Positions 52,401 through 64,000 of a stretch of DNA of 64,000 bases are shown one piece after another; within the stretch, counting starts at the first letter, position 1; every line of letters starts with the position of its first letter. Below the pieces are notes generated by a model. It ran no database searches. It was not told the DNA's origin and saw only the letters and a program-made list of their open reading frames with translations. Location: assembly GCA_043228905.1 (NCBI GenBank), contig JBHGNT010000017.1, positions 1,798,001 through 1,862,000 of the forward strand, in the 5' to 3' direction. The DNA comes from Azolla caroliniana (Eukaryota; Plantae; Polypodiophyta). Position numbers and translations under genes: made by a program.

Positions 52401-52829
52401 GGCAAACATATGTCAAAAGTATAGTAAATACAACCATGAGAATGTACAATGTGTATATTTTTGCTGCAGATTTATTAGGAGTGTAGAATTATGTTGGCAG
52501 ACAACTATATAGCTACTCCTTTCTATGCATAACATTGATAGCTGCTATGTTGTGCTATTATATTGGATTTGAAAAAACATTTCAGTGTATATCTGATGTA
52601 GAAAATAGAGGTATTCATTGACATAATTCTGCTGAAATGTATAAGAAGAATGATGTGCCAATGGTGTCACATATTCAGATATTCAATGAATAGTTTTTTG
52701 GATTGATTATGTATGTTGTATCTTAGCTTAATTCTCTAACAAAACATAATTTTAGCTAACCAACCAAATGCAATATTGCAGCATATTTTGAAGTTGTACG
52801 AGACATACCGATACAAGAGTGCCATCTGA
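49446..52829 (+). CDS. Glutathione S-transferase-like protein (SHYCEKARWAL type), 8 exons
   Basis: Exons 49446-49496, 49613-49692, 50594-50763, 51010-51105, 51364-51500, 51867-51973, 52066-52153 and 52782-52829. Motifs ITICPSHYCEKARWAL, TSVPKL, DSGDILAF, LGPHVRRWAY, FTAADLTFASLAAPVILP, LRETPAG. Confidence 0.85.
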
Positions 52830-55155
52830 AACGAAAATAGCTTTGTTTAATTCCGTTGGTAATGTGCTTGATTTCTTTTCTCAAAGAGTTTTAACTGTTT
52901 GGAACTTGAGACTGATTGTCTATTTGCAAAATGCAGGAGCTGTATTCACATTGTATGTATCTGCCAACGGGAGTGCAGAATCCAGTCAGTATGTTATGCA
53001 AAAACTTTGCATAATTTGCACCATCAAACTTGGAGAGATAATATTTCTTTACATTCAATCATTTCTCAAAGCTGTTGCTTTGCAATTCCCACTATTCTTC
53101 CTCACTGTTTCAATAAAACCCTGACCAAATCTCTATCCCTTGACATGTGATTTATATCAATTTATGTTTATATTCTTCACGTAATCCTTTTTTGTCGATG
53201 TTTTGTTATGGAAAATACAGATGATTGGTATCTCCTACAACATGATAACAGAGTCTTAAAGAGTGAAATTTTAAGTGTGTCATCACTCAATCATAACATA
53301 CAAGTTCAGACCAAACTATGGATAGTGAAAATCTTAAATATTGCTTGCAAATGGGCTACATAAAGAAATAATGGAATTATTGCCATCATTAAAACTCGCA
53401 AATAGTGACAGTAGTCATCAATGTAGTGTTGGCTAAGTGGCTCCAACATCATGGTCCAAATTTCTTGGATTTGACCTCATTGAAATATAATTTAGGGCAT
53501 TTACTCATACATTAAGCATAGAAAAGAAGATATCTTTATTCTTAAATAATATAACCATAGAGACTGAGGCATTGATTTCATTATTTTATGACAGCCTCCA
53601 TTATGTATCATAGAGATTTTGTCCAACATGGTGCTAGTAGAGGGCTTTTGAGCTTTGTGGTGCATGTGTGAACTCAATGGCATTTTAAGCCTATTTAATA
53701 TGAATGATGTGAACTCAATAAGGGTTTATCTATTGATGCGCAAAAGATCATCTTTTACTGGTATCAGTGTTTGTAATCATAATTTAACGACAATTGGATA
53801 GAGTCGCCAACTGGTGTTTGGGCAATCTCATGCAGTAAATAATTAAAACCAATCTAAAAACTTTTGTTATGAACGGTAAGTGCACTGAGTTCATGATGAA
53901 CACAAGTGTAGTGAAGAATATGATATTTTTAATATTCATGTAGAAATTAAGTTTAATATTCCCAGCGCCAAAAACAATAAAACACATTGTTATCAGCATT
54001 GAAGCTAATTATGTTTAAACGATGACTTAAATTAATCGCAAATAATTCTACATAATAACATTCATTCAAATACAATAGTATTACAAATAACCGCATAGAA
54101 CTCAGGCCAAAGAAATGTCCCCATCTCTTAAAGGTAAAGAAATGCATGAAGAGAAATTGAATTATAGAGCCAAAAATAATTAGAGGTGATGCAACTTGCC
54201 AGGCCGAAGAAATTTCCCCATCTCTTAAGGTAAAAAAGCATGAAGAGACTGAATCATAAAACCAAAGATAGTAAGAGGTGATGAAATTTGCATTACCACC
54301 ACAAGCATCTAAAAACAATAGAACTTTGCAGTCCACACTTCAAAAATGTAGGGATATGATGATCTATTCCGAATTTTTCAACTCATCCTTAACTATTTAC
54401 ATGTAAAAATACCGTATAAAAATTGAACAAGATCACCAAAACTCCTAGAATGCTTTGTAAGTATTACTTTCTTTATCTTCTCACTGCCATATCAGTATGA
54501 CATGCCTAGGGCACTCATTTCCTCTCTTTTAATCAAGCTTTTGTAAAAGTCTTATTGAAACTGCCTAGTGAAATATGTCAACTCCCTTTGCAAGGACCGA
54601 ATCATTCTAACGGTGGAAGCCCTAGAAGGCTAGAGACAAATAAAAGAATAAGTGTGAGTAATCAAAAAGGAAATCCCTAAGCAGCCACAAATTCAGATTG
54701 ATACTATCATCTTTACTATGCTTTGAAAATGTATACAACTGAAGTTTAATTAACATGGGTTAAATAACCAGTTCATATATGAGAAGACAAAGTTGATGCA
54801 AATTCAAATAAGAACCGACCATGTAAAAATCTCAAAAGAGGTTATATCATAAATGGAACAAGATGATGAAAGAGAAAAAATAAACACTTCCTTACGAGAA
54901 CATAACAGTTTGCCTTGCTTACAAAAGAAAATTTTGGATTACTAACCTATTCTCTTTGATAATAACTATTCAGTATTGGGAAATTTTATTAATTACCACC
55001 GAACAAGGCCGTGTAAATAGAAATTTTGGTTACATAACTGAGCCAATGAAACAAGTATATGGGGTGTGGTTGCCATACATACCTGGCCATGAGAACTATT
55101 AGTTTGCTAGTTACATGTTTGAGACTCAAAAGCAATGCCAGAAGTTGTTCATTCA

Positions 55156-57367
55156 CTAGTTGATCTGTGAAAACTTCTTCTTAGCTAGATGTCTTCTCAC
55201 CAGTGCCAGCCTTGCAGTTTCAAAGGCAAAATAGCCCAAAGCTGAGAAGCACGCACTATACAGCACCCTTGGAACAATGCCTCTACTTAGTCCCATCCAG
55301 CCTTCCTCTAGCCATATTTTGTTCAATGTGGAAGAGATGCCTTTGTAGCTTGAAGCAGCAATTTTTGCTCGAAGCTCTGCTTCTATTAGAGATCCTTGAC
55401 CTGATTGCATATATGTGGATCTAGCTTGTGTCATCAGTCTTGTCTTGACAACATCAAGGGGAGTTGTGAGAGCAGATGAAATCATCCCAGCTAGAGCTCC
55501 TGAAACCACACTTTGCCATGGTTCTAATCTGACCTTCCTGGTCTTCTTAAGCCATGCAGATTTCAAATATTCGAAAGTAGAGAAACTTAATACACTTGCC
55601 GGAAGGTTCCGAACCAATGCTGCTGAATATCCAGTGTACAACCCCATGACGCCTTCTTTTTGTACTATTCTCAATACAACTTCCCATGAACGGCCTTGTG
55701 CTCCAGTTTGCATCCTTTGTGTTATTAGCTCTTTTGGTACCAAAATCGCAGATGATACAATATTTCCCAATGCACCAGATAGTGGTGGTATAGCAACCAG
55801 AGGGAAATTCGGCAATTGTGATAGTAATGCTTTGCCAAGCTCACATGTGCCAAAATAAACTGCAGATGAGAACATAGAGCCTACTAGCACAGCCGAGATA
55901 CCTTTGTAGAACCCCATGACTCCTTGCTCTTGGAAGGTTTTGACAACAACATCCAGAGGGCCAGAATAAAGTTGTGATGCGCCACGCATCTGAAGTTTCG
56001 TCTTGACAGTATCTAAGGGATGGAGGCATGCATAGGTAAAAGCCCCGGCTATGCCACCTGCGCCAGCGCCTATTTGAGCTTTCTCCAACACAGATATATC
56101 TTTCATCATAGCTTTGGCCTGCAAACACGCACAGAAAGAAAGAGTTCATTCAATGATGGTGGATAATGAAAAGTTCAACACTAATAAAATGACATCTGAA
56201 TGATTAGCAATCTGATGATGGATGGTCAATGTCGAATGTTTGATGACTGCCAAAAGTTTGATGATAGCCAAAGGGGAAAAAATAAGGAATCCAAGGCACA
56301 CTACATTATATGTTTATGAAACCCTAATATTATATAGAAATATCAGGCAAGAAAGAAAAGGTGCACAATAATATCTTATATTAGTTAACCTTGGACTATG
56401 CCTAGATCATAACATTCACTGCACTAATGGGCATACCTCTGGAGTACTTGACCCCATCAGTGTGTGATTACACATGCTTACTTGTCGCTAGAATGCCAAT
56501 GAATTGATGAGCTGCCACATCTAAACATCCCTTCTCTAACAAGATAAGCAGGTACCTCAAGCCGTTTTAGTGATTCTACTATATTTACTTTGGTTTTTTG
56601 TTCCAAAGACGAGACCTTTTTTAAGTTGTAATCTCTCACTTGATCAACTAGCCCATTTTGGCTTCTTAATAGTCACTACTCTTTCTTTCTAATTACATTT
56701 TTCATGATTCTGATCCTGCTAATTAGTTGATTATAAGATTTAAATTCTTTGCATCGAATTATGTTGCACATCTCCAATCAAATCCGGCTATAAACACATT
56801 CTTTATCAGAGGAGCTATATACATTGAACGCAATGATATAACAAGAATATCAAGTTCAGACAGATGATTATATTGTACAGCAATGGAAATGCGAAGAAAA
56901 ATCAAAGAAGAGAGAAGAGCATATTTTACCTGAACACTTGCCATAGCCGCCTTTCCAATCCATCCACTGTTTCTCGAAGATTCCTTCTCTTCCAATGCAG
57001 AAATTCCATCTGATGGCGTAATAGTACAGTCGACCAAAGTCTTCAGTTCTTGTGTAAATAGAGGTGCTTTCTTGGCTTCAACACTCTTTGAAATTTTCGA
57101 GATATTGGCTTCGCTAAAGATGAAGAAAGAACCTATACCCTCATGAAAGAGATGGGTTTTGCGCCGAACCCTGAGACCGGAAGGACAAGCCCTCTGCTGG
57201 TCCATGTGAAGAATGAAGTCCAAATCTGAGCACAAGGAGGGTTCCTCTGTGGTATCTGCGAAATGCCCACTAACAAAATCTGTGAAGCTTCTTTGTACTC
57301 CCTCTAAAGATGAGCCCAAGGCCGCCATATCCATCCATGGCGGCCTCCTCTGTGGCACAGGATCCAT
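55156..57367 (-). CDS. MFL1: Mitochondrial-carrier family protein, mitoferrin-like 1 (plastid), 2 exons, ~466 aa
   Basis: Exons 57367-56930 and 56118-55156; three PX[DE]XX[KR] signatures (PLDTVK, PKELIT, PLDVVK); AGGIAGAFTY and FSSAVYFGTCELGK match MFL1 as I recall it. Confidence 0.88.
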
Positions 57368-59728
57368 TGGGATCTCTATTAGTCTCCCTCCCTCTGTCTC
57401 AAGTTGACTCTCAACACTAGCATTTTAACCCAGCATCTGGCAAGAAATTTAGAGTGCAAAAATGATCATATTGTCAAAAACCGCTTCGGGAGGAAGAAGG
57501 GCACTTGATAAGCACACACCGTCAAGATTCGAACTCGGCTCCATCGATTGATTGATTGCAAGTTTCGGTATATGCCTATCGTGAGGAGACCTAGAAGTTA
57601 AAGGTATATATGCAACCCCTGAGACAAACCCAATGATTCTTCGGTGTTCGGCTCCAATGACTACACTAGCACAATATATCTTTGGTTGGATTAAGTCTTT
57701 TTGCATGGTATAATTTAATTCTTGCAAGTGACTACAATTAATTCATACCGATCCTCAACATAGTCTCGACCATGATTAACAACTATGGCTGGAAAAGAAT
57801 GGTCTCTGCACAAGTTTGATTGTCAATGATGGGAGATCTTACAACACACACTCCATTTCGAGCAAAGTTGCTCAAGTGTATATTTAGTACATTTCAAGCA
57901 AAGGCCTTTATTCGGAAAATGGTAATCAACATTAAATAGACTTGGGTTGGCAATAGTAATTCCTTTTTTGGCATCGTTGAATTCTTTTCATGTTTGACGA
58001 TAGACAAGGAATTAAATTGTATCTCGCAAACTTGAAGGGAGCATTGATTTGGCAATTATATTTATTGGAGGAAGTGGAGATTATCTCAACAATTAGGTGC
58101 TCTTCTTGCCGTCTTGTGTTTCAACATGTCACACTGCCCATGTATTGGTAGCACTAAATGCACGCTTGTGCTTTGTGTTATCTTGACACAAAGCCCTATC
58201 TTTAATCACATTAGAGGTTGCTTTCCAATCCATTGGGCCCTATCCCTACACACACTTCTCAATCTCATGTGCAATGTTGATTGTAATGCATTTAGTAAAA
58301 ACTCTTCATTATCAAGGTTTATTACTCAAACTCCATATATACTACATGAAAATCTCTCCCTTTTTCTCTCCATTGTCATATTTTTACCAATGAAGAGGAC
58401 AATAATAATAACATCTCTCCTCTCTTATACTAATACACTTGCATTGTTACTTTGCTATTTTATTATAGGTCATTTTAATTCTTTATCTATAGACTACCAC
58501 AACTAGAACATTGCCTCGTGATCATTGTATTCTATTTATGAACCTAATAGTGTGTGAACTTTATGTCACCTAGCCATTCACTCTATACATTACAATCAAC
58601 AAAACTTTCAAAGATTGAATTTTAGATCAAATGCAAAGATATTTGTGAATTGATATTATTTATGTAGCAAACTCGAGAGTCTACACATTGGCGATCAAAT
58701 GGATCCCATTTGTTCTTTCCCACAATGCAACGTGGCTAGGTGGCACAACTACCTTTCCTATGGACAACAATGTAGTGATTTCAATCATTTATAGATTTGT
58801 CTCTTCCTCCATCTCCTATTTGTTTCTACTTTTTATATATTGACAAAAAAATTGTGCACTTTCTCTTCTCCCAAGTACTCATCTCTTTCCACGTAGTAAG
58901 TCATGACACAATATTGTGATTGGATTTGAGTCACTTTAATGAACATACTACACGATATTATTGTTGGAGTTATCATTCCTTCATATCTAGGATAACTTTC
59001 GTATATAATTATTGTTTGTTCAGCTACAAACTAATGAATTACCCTACTAGTTTACTCCTTGTATATGATGTCCATGTTTTACGTGTTTCCGTACTATCTT
59101 ATCATTTGTGGTTACGTTCTACCAATTTGGTGTACTTATCATAGGAATTTGCAGCCTCGACCGGAATTGTTGATGCATTTCATCGTAGAACACGTGCATT
59201 GATAAACTCCTAATAGGGTTGCTCCAAAACTAATATGCAATGTGTTTGGATTTTTTTCTTTTTTTCTTTTTTTCTTTTCTGTTGTTGAGGGGATGTTAGC
59301 TAATGACCATACCCAATATAAACCCCAATAAATCTAGTGGACAACATGGATTGATCGATTGCACAACATTTTTTTGCAATGTGATTGCCATTTAATGATG
59401 TGGAATTGTGACAACATTGATCGATTGATCGCTCAACATTTTTTCGCCATGTGATTGCATTTAATGATGTGGAGTTGTGAATGTGAGCACATAACGTTCA
59501 TGCTTGGATAACAAAGAGAATGCCTTTCTCCAAAAGAACCTAGATTTCTTAATATTATCATCTTCACAGGTCAGGTATGACCCTATGGGAGCAAAAGTGG
59601 ATTTATTTTTACACACAATGTTTGTGCAATTTCTGAGTAGCCATGATTCATGAATCTCCGATGTCCCCAGAATTTTACTAGTAGTAGACAGTTGCTATCG
59701 AGAGTGCAGATTTGTGATTTTGAGAGGA

Positions 59729-59762
<34 letters not shown>

Positions 59763-60042
59763 AAGAGAGGAATAGGGCGGAGATTTGAGTTGAGGTGAAA
59801 ACACACAAAATTACTTGAATTTACAAATTTTGGTGCATGGAAGCACTCAAACCTGCACATTGAATCCTTACATTCCAGAAAAGGCTCTAAATCAGAAGAT
59901 AACCACCTCTTTTGCTTCTTTTTCTCCATGTGTGTCCAGATTCCTAGCCATCTAAGAAGTACCCTCATCAGGTAATATATTCATCATTTAATGAATTAGT
60001 GATGATGATGGTGACTGAAATCCTCTTCATCACCATAGTTAG

Positions 60043-61137
60043 TCATAGCAATCTATGTTGGTCATCATCAAGTAATTCTTCTTCGATTGTGTTCCAGACA
60101 TTGCGCCGCCTGTCACTACTAGAAACCGCTGACTCCATACTGCTCGCCTCTAATTTGGTAGCATTATTAGAATTCATGGGCTTCATGTAGATGCCAATCT
60201 GGCTTCCAAGTTTCGCAAGCCAGACCCGCCAGGCGGTCGGATGCCGATGACCCCGACTTTGTGGCTGCTTCGGCATTGGTGCTGATTTGCAGAGGGATGA
60301 TGTGCTATGATCGAGCATGATATTATTCCTCGAATTTTTCGATATAGGGGCAACCACATTTAATGGCAGAGCACTACTATTTCGATTGATTGCTGATAAT
60401 CGGTCAGGTGCCATCGACAATTGCGAGATTGAATCATTTATATTGGCCAGCTTACTGGTAGGGATCATAGATTGCTTGTGATGATGATGATTATCTGTGT
60501 GGTCATGGTCACCGAAGATGTCGAGCCAATAGTTCGCGCTGCGTTCGATCCGATTGCTGAAAGAAACGATCTCGTATGCATCATATAGGCTGCTACCGCA
60601 ATCCCACATCTCACATTGATCAAGATCTGTAATTCTTGCTATATGATCCGGCCCCCATGTGCTGCTACTGCTTCTTAATTTCCTGTCCATCTCCAATCTC
60701 GAGCTTTCTTCGGGTCTCAAGGATTTCAAGGATTTCTTCGAGCTTTCTTCGGGTCTCAAGGATTTCTTCGCGCCCATGGTCTCAGCTGCGGCCCCCTGTA
60801 GAAGCGCCTCTACCTTGAACCGCGAATATTCCCTCATGGATGCAGACTTCTTTGACGCTGTATTTAGCTTGGGTGTGGCCTCTGCTTCCTTGTTAACCAT
60901 GGCCATGAGATCATCTGCCTGTACCGCATAGTTACATCCTGTTCTGTTTTCGATCATCGTATGACGGTGATCATGAACATGTCGTTGTGGCTTAATGCAG
61001 ACGGATGGGGGCGATGAGGTGGGCACGCCTGTGGAGTGGAGATGCCATGCCCATGCCGCTGCCTTCGTACTACTATTACTTCTATTTTCTCTGCTGGTTG
61101 TGGCGGAGGAAGAGGAATTCATGTGATTTGTCAGCAT
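60043..61137 (-). CDS. Uncharacterised plant protein with WDCGSSLYDAYEI motif
   Basis: 364-aa single-exon ORF with an N-terminal AWAW motif and an internal KSLRPEESS duplication. Confidence 0.75.
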   Translation of the reverse strand: MLTNHMNSSSSATTSRENRSNSSTKAAAWAWHLHSTGVPTSSPPSVCIKPQRHVHDHRHTMIENRTGCNYAVQADDLMAMVNKEAEATPKLNTASKKSASMREYSRFKVEALLQGAAAETMGAKKSLRPEESSKKSLKSLRPEESSRLEMDRKLRSSSSTWGPDHIARITDLDQCEMWDCGSSLYDAYEIVSFSNRIERSANYWLDIFGDHDHTDNHHHHKQSMIPTSKLANINDSISQLSMAPDRLSAINRNSSALPLNVVAPISKNSRNNIMLDHSTSSLCKSAPMPKQPQSRGHRHPTAWRVWLAKLGSQIGIYMKPMNSNNATKLEASSMESAVSSSDRRRNVWNTIEEELLDDDQHRLL

Positions 61138-61691
61138 CCTTCTTCTACTTCTAAATATAGGTATATATATAAGATTAACCAGACAGACAGAGCGCTAATT
61201 TGGGAACAGAGCTAATTTGTGAGGAAATGAATGAGAGAGAGTGCTAGGATTGTGCGGTCACACAGAAGCCAAATAGCACAACAGAAGCAGGTAAATCGAA
61301 AATGGCTTCTTTGCAAAAAAAAGAGAATCAGAATGACACAGAAGAAGCAGATGCTAAATCCAGATGGCTTTTGTAAATGAGAATCAGAATTGGGGGGGGG
61401 GGGGGGGATACTAAAGAGAAGAAATTTAAGAGGAATGAGAGAGAGAGAGAGAGAGAGAGAGCATACAAAGAGCGATATTCCAGCAACCCAAACTTCTTAA
61501 AAGCTTAAAAGTAGGATTGCTTCCATATGCACACGCACACACACGCACACACACACACATAAAAGAGTGTTTTGTTTGGTTTTGACCGGCTCCAACGTCT
61601 GATCTCTAACACATACACGCACGCAAAGAAAGACCCATTAAATCATTCACAAAAAAGAGTACACACTAGATAGAGACTCTCTATGACTCTA

Positions 61692-61722
<31 letters not shown>

Positions 61723-62832
61723 CTCGTGCAAAAAGACCAATTCATTCACGTGGGTTAGACCACCACCACCACAGCCTACCACCACTACTACTACTACAAC
61801 TAGTAGTGGGAGTTGTCGTCGGATATGCCCTTCTTGGTTCCCATAGAGCCTACCTACGCATACAATTTCGCCGGCTTTCGCATCGCTAATATTGCTATCA
61901 GTTTTTATAACCGACCCTCGCTAAAAGTTGGCTTTGTACATCTGGAACGTGAATCCCTAACCGACTCACTCATATATTTATCCATGCATAGAGAGGTATA
62001 TTTTACGCATCCATAGAGATCGTCAACTATGCATCCCAACACCTTTTCTTTTTGTCAAACTCCCTTGTTTTTTGCACAACCCCGCAAGGAAAGGGAACCT
62101 TCTACGATTCAAGCATCAGTTATCAAAAGTCTTTGTGCAAACTATCTCAAACGAGCTACAATTTGGAATGGTTCTTTCAACAAGCCTAATATAATAATCA
62201 AACTATTTTTTAGTACTTGCTTTAAAACCTAGACTTACATTATAAAGCCACTAAACTTGAGCGATGAGCATTATGCCTTCCAATTTATGTTTTTAGTCAA
62301 TAACCTCACTATCGTATCAATGGCCATCATATTTGTACATTTAATCACTCTATATAAAAAACCTTTCGAACATATTAAAACAATGTTTTCTTCCTATTGC
62401 TTTACCAAACGTAACATCTTGTTAAATTACTTCGTCTAAGTGTTATAATCTATGTTTCCTTACATGGATGAAGACTTCGTATATAGTAGTGCAAGATTGA
62501 ACATTGGATTCATGTGTGAGCCCATACACATTGAATCAATTTCATGCATTGATGTCGTGGGCTTCATTTAGTTGTCGAGTAGAAATAAGTAAAACATTGA
62601 ACCAAATGTATCATTGAGATGCCAATTATAAGGATCATGTCTTGCCAGAGATTGAGCAAAATGACTTCGTAAAGTATCACATGCACATCTTGCATGCATA
62701 ATTAAAGTAGCAAAAAAAACTCATTGATAATGCATACACACAATGTTAATGTAAGATATATATTTAAGCAAATATATTTTAGTATAGTATCTATAAAATA
62801 GTTATCCAAAACTAGTACATGATGAAAAACAC

Positions 62833-62868
<36 letters not shown>

Positions 62869-62955
62869 ATGATCTAAACTAATGGTCCATAGTCAAACAA
62901 TTACATAATTGCTTAAGTCATTTTTGTGGGTCGAATTGAATAAATGCATTACCCA

Positions 62956-64000
62956 CAGTGTTGCCTTTTGACGGCCAACATTGCCTGTCATGAGAACGGT
63001 ATTCCAAAAATTTTGCCCGTCAAATTGACGGTTTACCAAAAAAAATGCCCTTCAAAAAGTAAATACATCGAATATTTGTACGAAACAATATATTATACCC
63101 TTCTATCCTTTGCATCTTTCCAAATTTCATATACACGATCCCATTGTATCTCTTCAATGTGTGGCCCATTCAATGAGACTCGCATTAAATCATCTAAATG
63201 CTCTATATTCAATCGATTTCTTTTCATCTCTTTGATGAGATTTTGCTTAGAAAACCCTCTCTCACACGAAACTGTGCTAGACGGAATAACCAAAGTAGCT
63301 TGCCATAATTTCATCAAATGAGGGAAACTATCGTGCCAATCCTTCATTTTGCAAAACATACGCCAAGCTTCATGCATAGTATAGCCTTCACAATTTAAAC
63401 GTAAAGTGTCAACAAACCTATAGAGTTCCATTTCACAAGCCTTTGCATCATGTAAAATTTGAGGACATGCATTGACATCAAAATTCCCAACCATGTTTTT
63501 GCTTTACTATCCCTAATCACATCATCATCTGCATAATGGCATGGGCTGAATAATTTTGCTGCATTGAAGAGGCTTAAGTTAGGGAATCTTGCATTTAGTC
63601 CATCAATAACATTTTGCACATAATTTTGAGATAGTTTAATACAACTTTCAAGTGATCCATCTATAAATGGCCTCATTCCCTTAGATTTTGCAATATTGGG
63701 ATTTGTATCATTTTGACTTGCTTTATCCATAGGAATTTGTTTGAAGTATAGTTCATGCCTATATGTAACGCCATCTTTATCCTCTATTTCCAAAAACCCA
63801 ACTTTAGAGCATCTTAAGAACTTGGATAAATACATTGTTCCATCCGCAAATGTGTCATTTCTCAAGAAAGACCTTCGCAAATTAGAAATTGTAATATCAA
63901 TTTCTGCACCAATTGAAGTTACATCCAAATTCTCTTTTTGAAGTTTCAAGCTCAAGATATTCATCAAATGCAACACATCAGCCATCATACAAAAGCAAAA
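62956..64000 (-). mobile_element. hAT DNA transposon 3' end with frameshifted transposase; continues beyond the window
   Basis: hATC dimerisation motif LVIPSSTVSCERGFSKQNLIK..RNRL in 63093-63494; upstream ORF 63395-63988 is in another frame; candidate TIR CAGTGTTGCC at 62956 with subterminal TTGACGG/CCGTCAA repeats. Confidence 0.85.

Overview
Eukaryotic land-plant nuclear DNA, AT-rich with GT-AG introns; a fern-like origin is inferred from PPR style, GST type and LINE types but is not proven. Protein genes: an intronless LRR receptor-like protein, a Bet1-like SNARE whose last intron (6.8 kb) is filled with LINEs, a chloroplast thioredoxin-like 4, two intronless genes sharing a WDCGSxLYD motif, a Sec14-nodulin protein, a PLS/E-type PPR plus a PPR relic, an 8-exon GST-like gene of the bacterial-looking SHYCEK type, and the carrier MFL1. 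RNA genes: a convergent U2/U1 snRNA cassette preceded by a decayed tandem copy. Mobile DNA: two RTE-X/L2-like LINEs plus a ~52-bp stub, L1-like fragments and a frameshifted hAT transposase. Most notable: both snRNA promoters have a 22-nt USE-TATA gap (the Pol III geometry in angiosperms) yet Pol II-type 3' ends; the LINEs share a 3' palindromic stem-loop and sit in simple repeats; and the GST family is atypical for plants.
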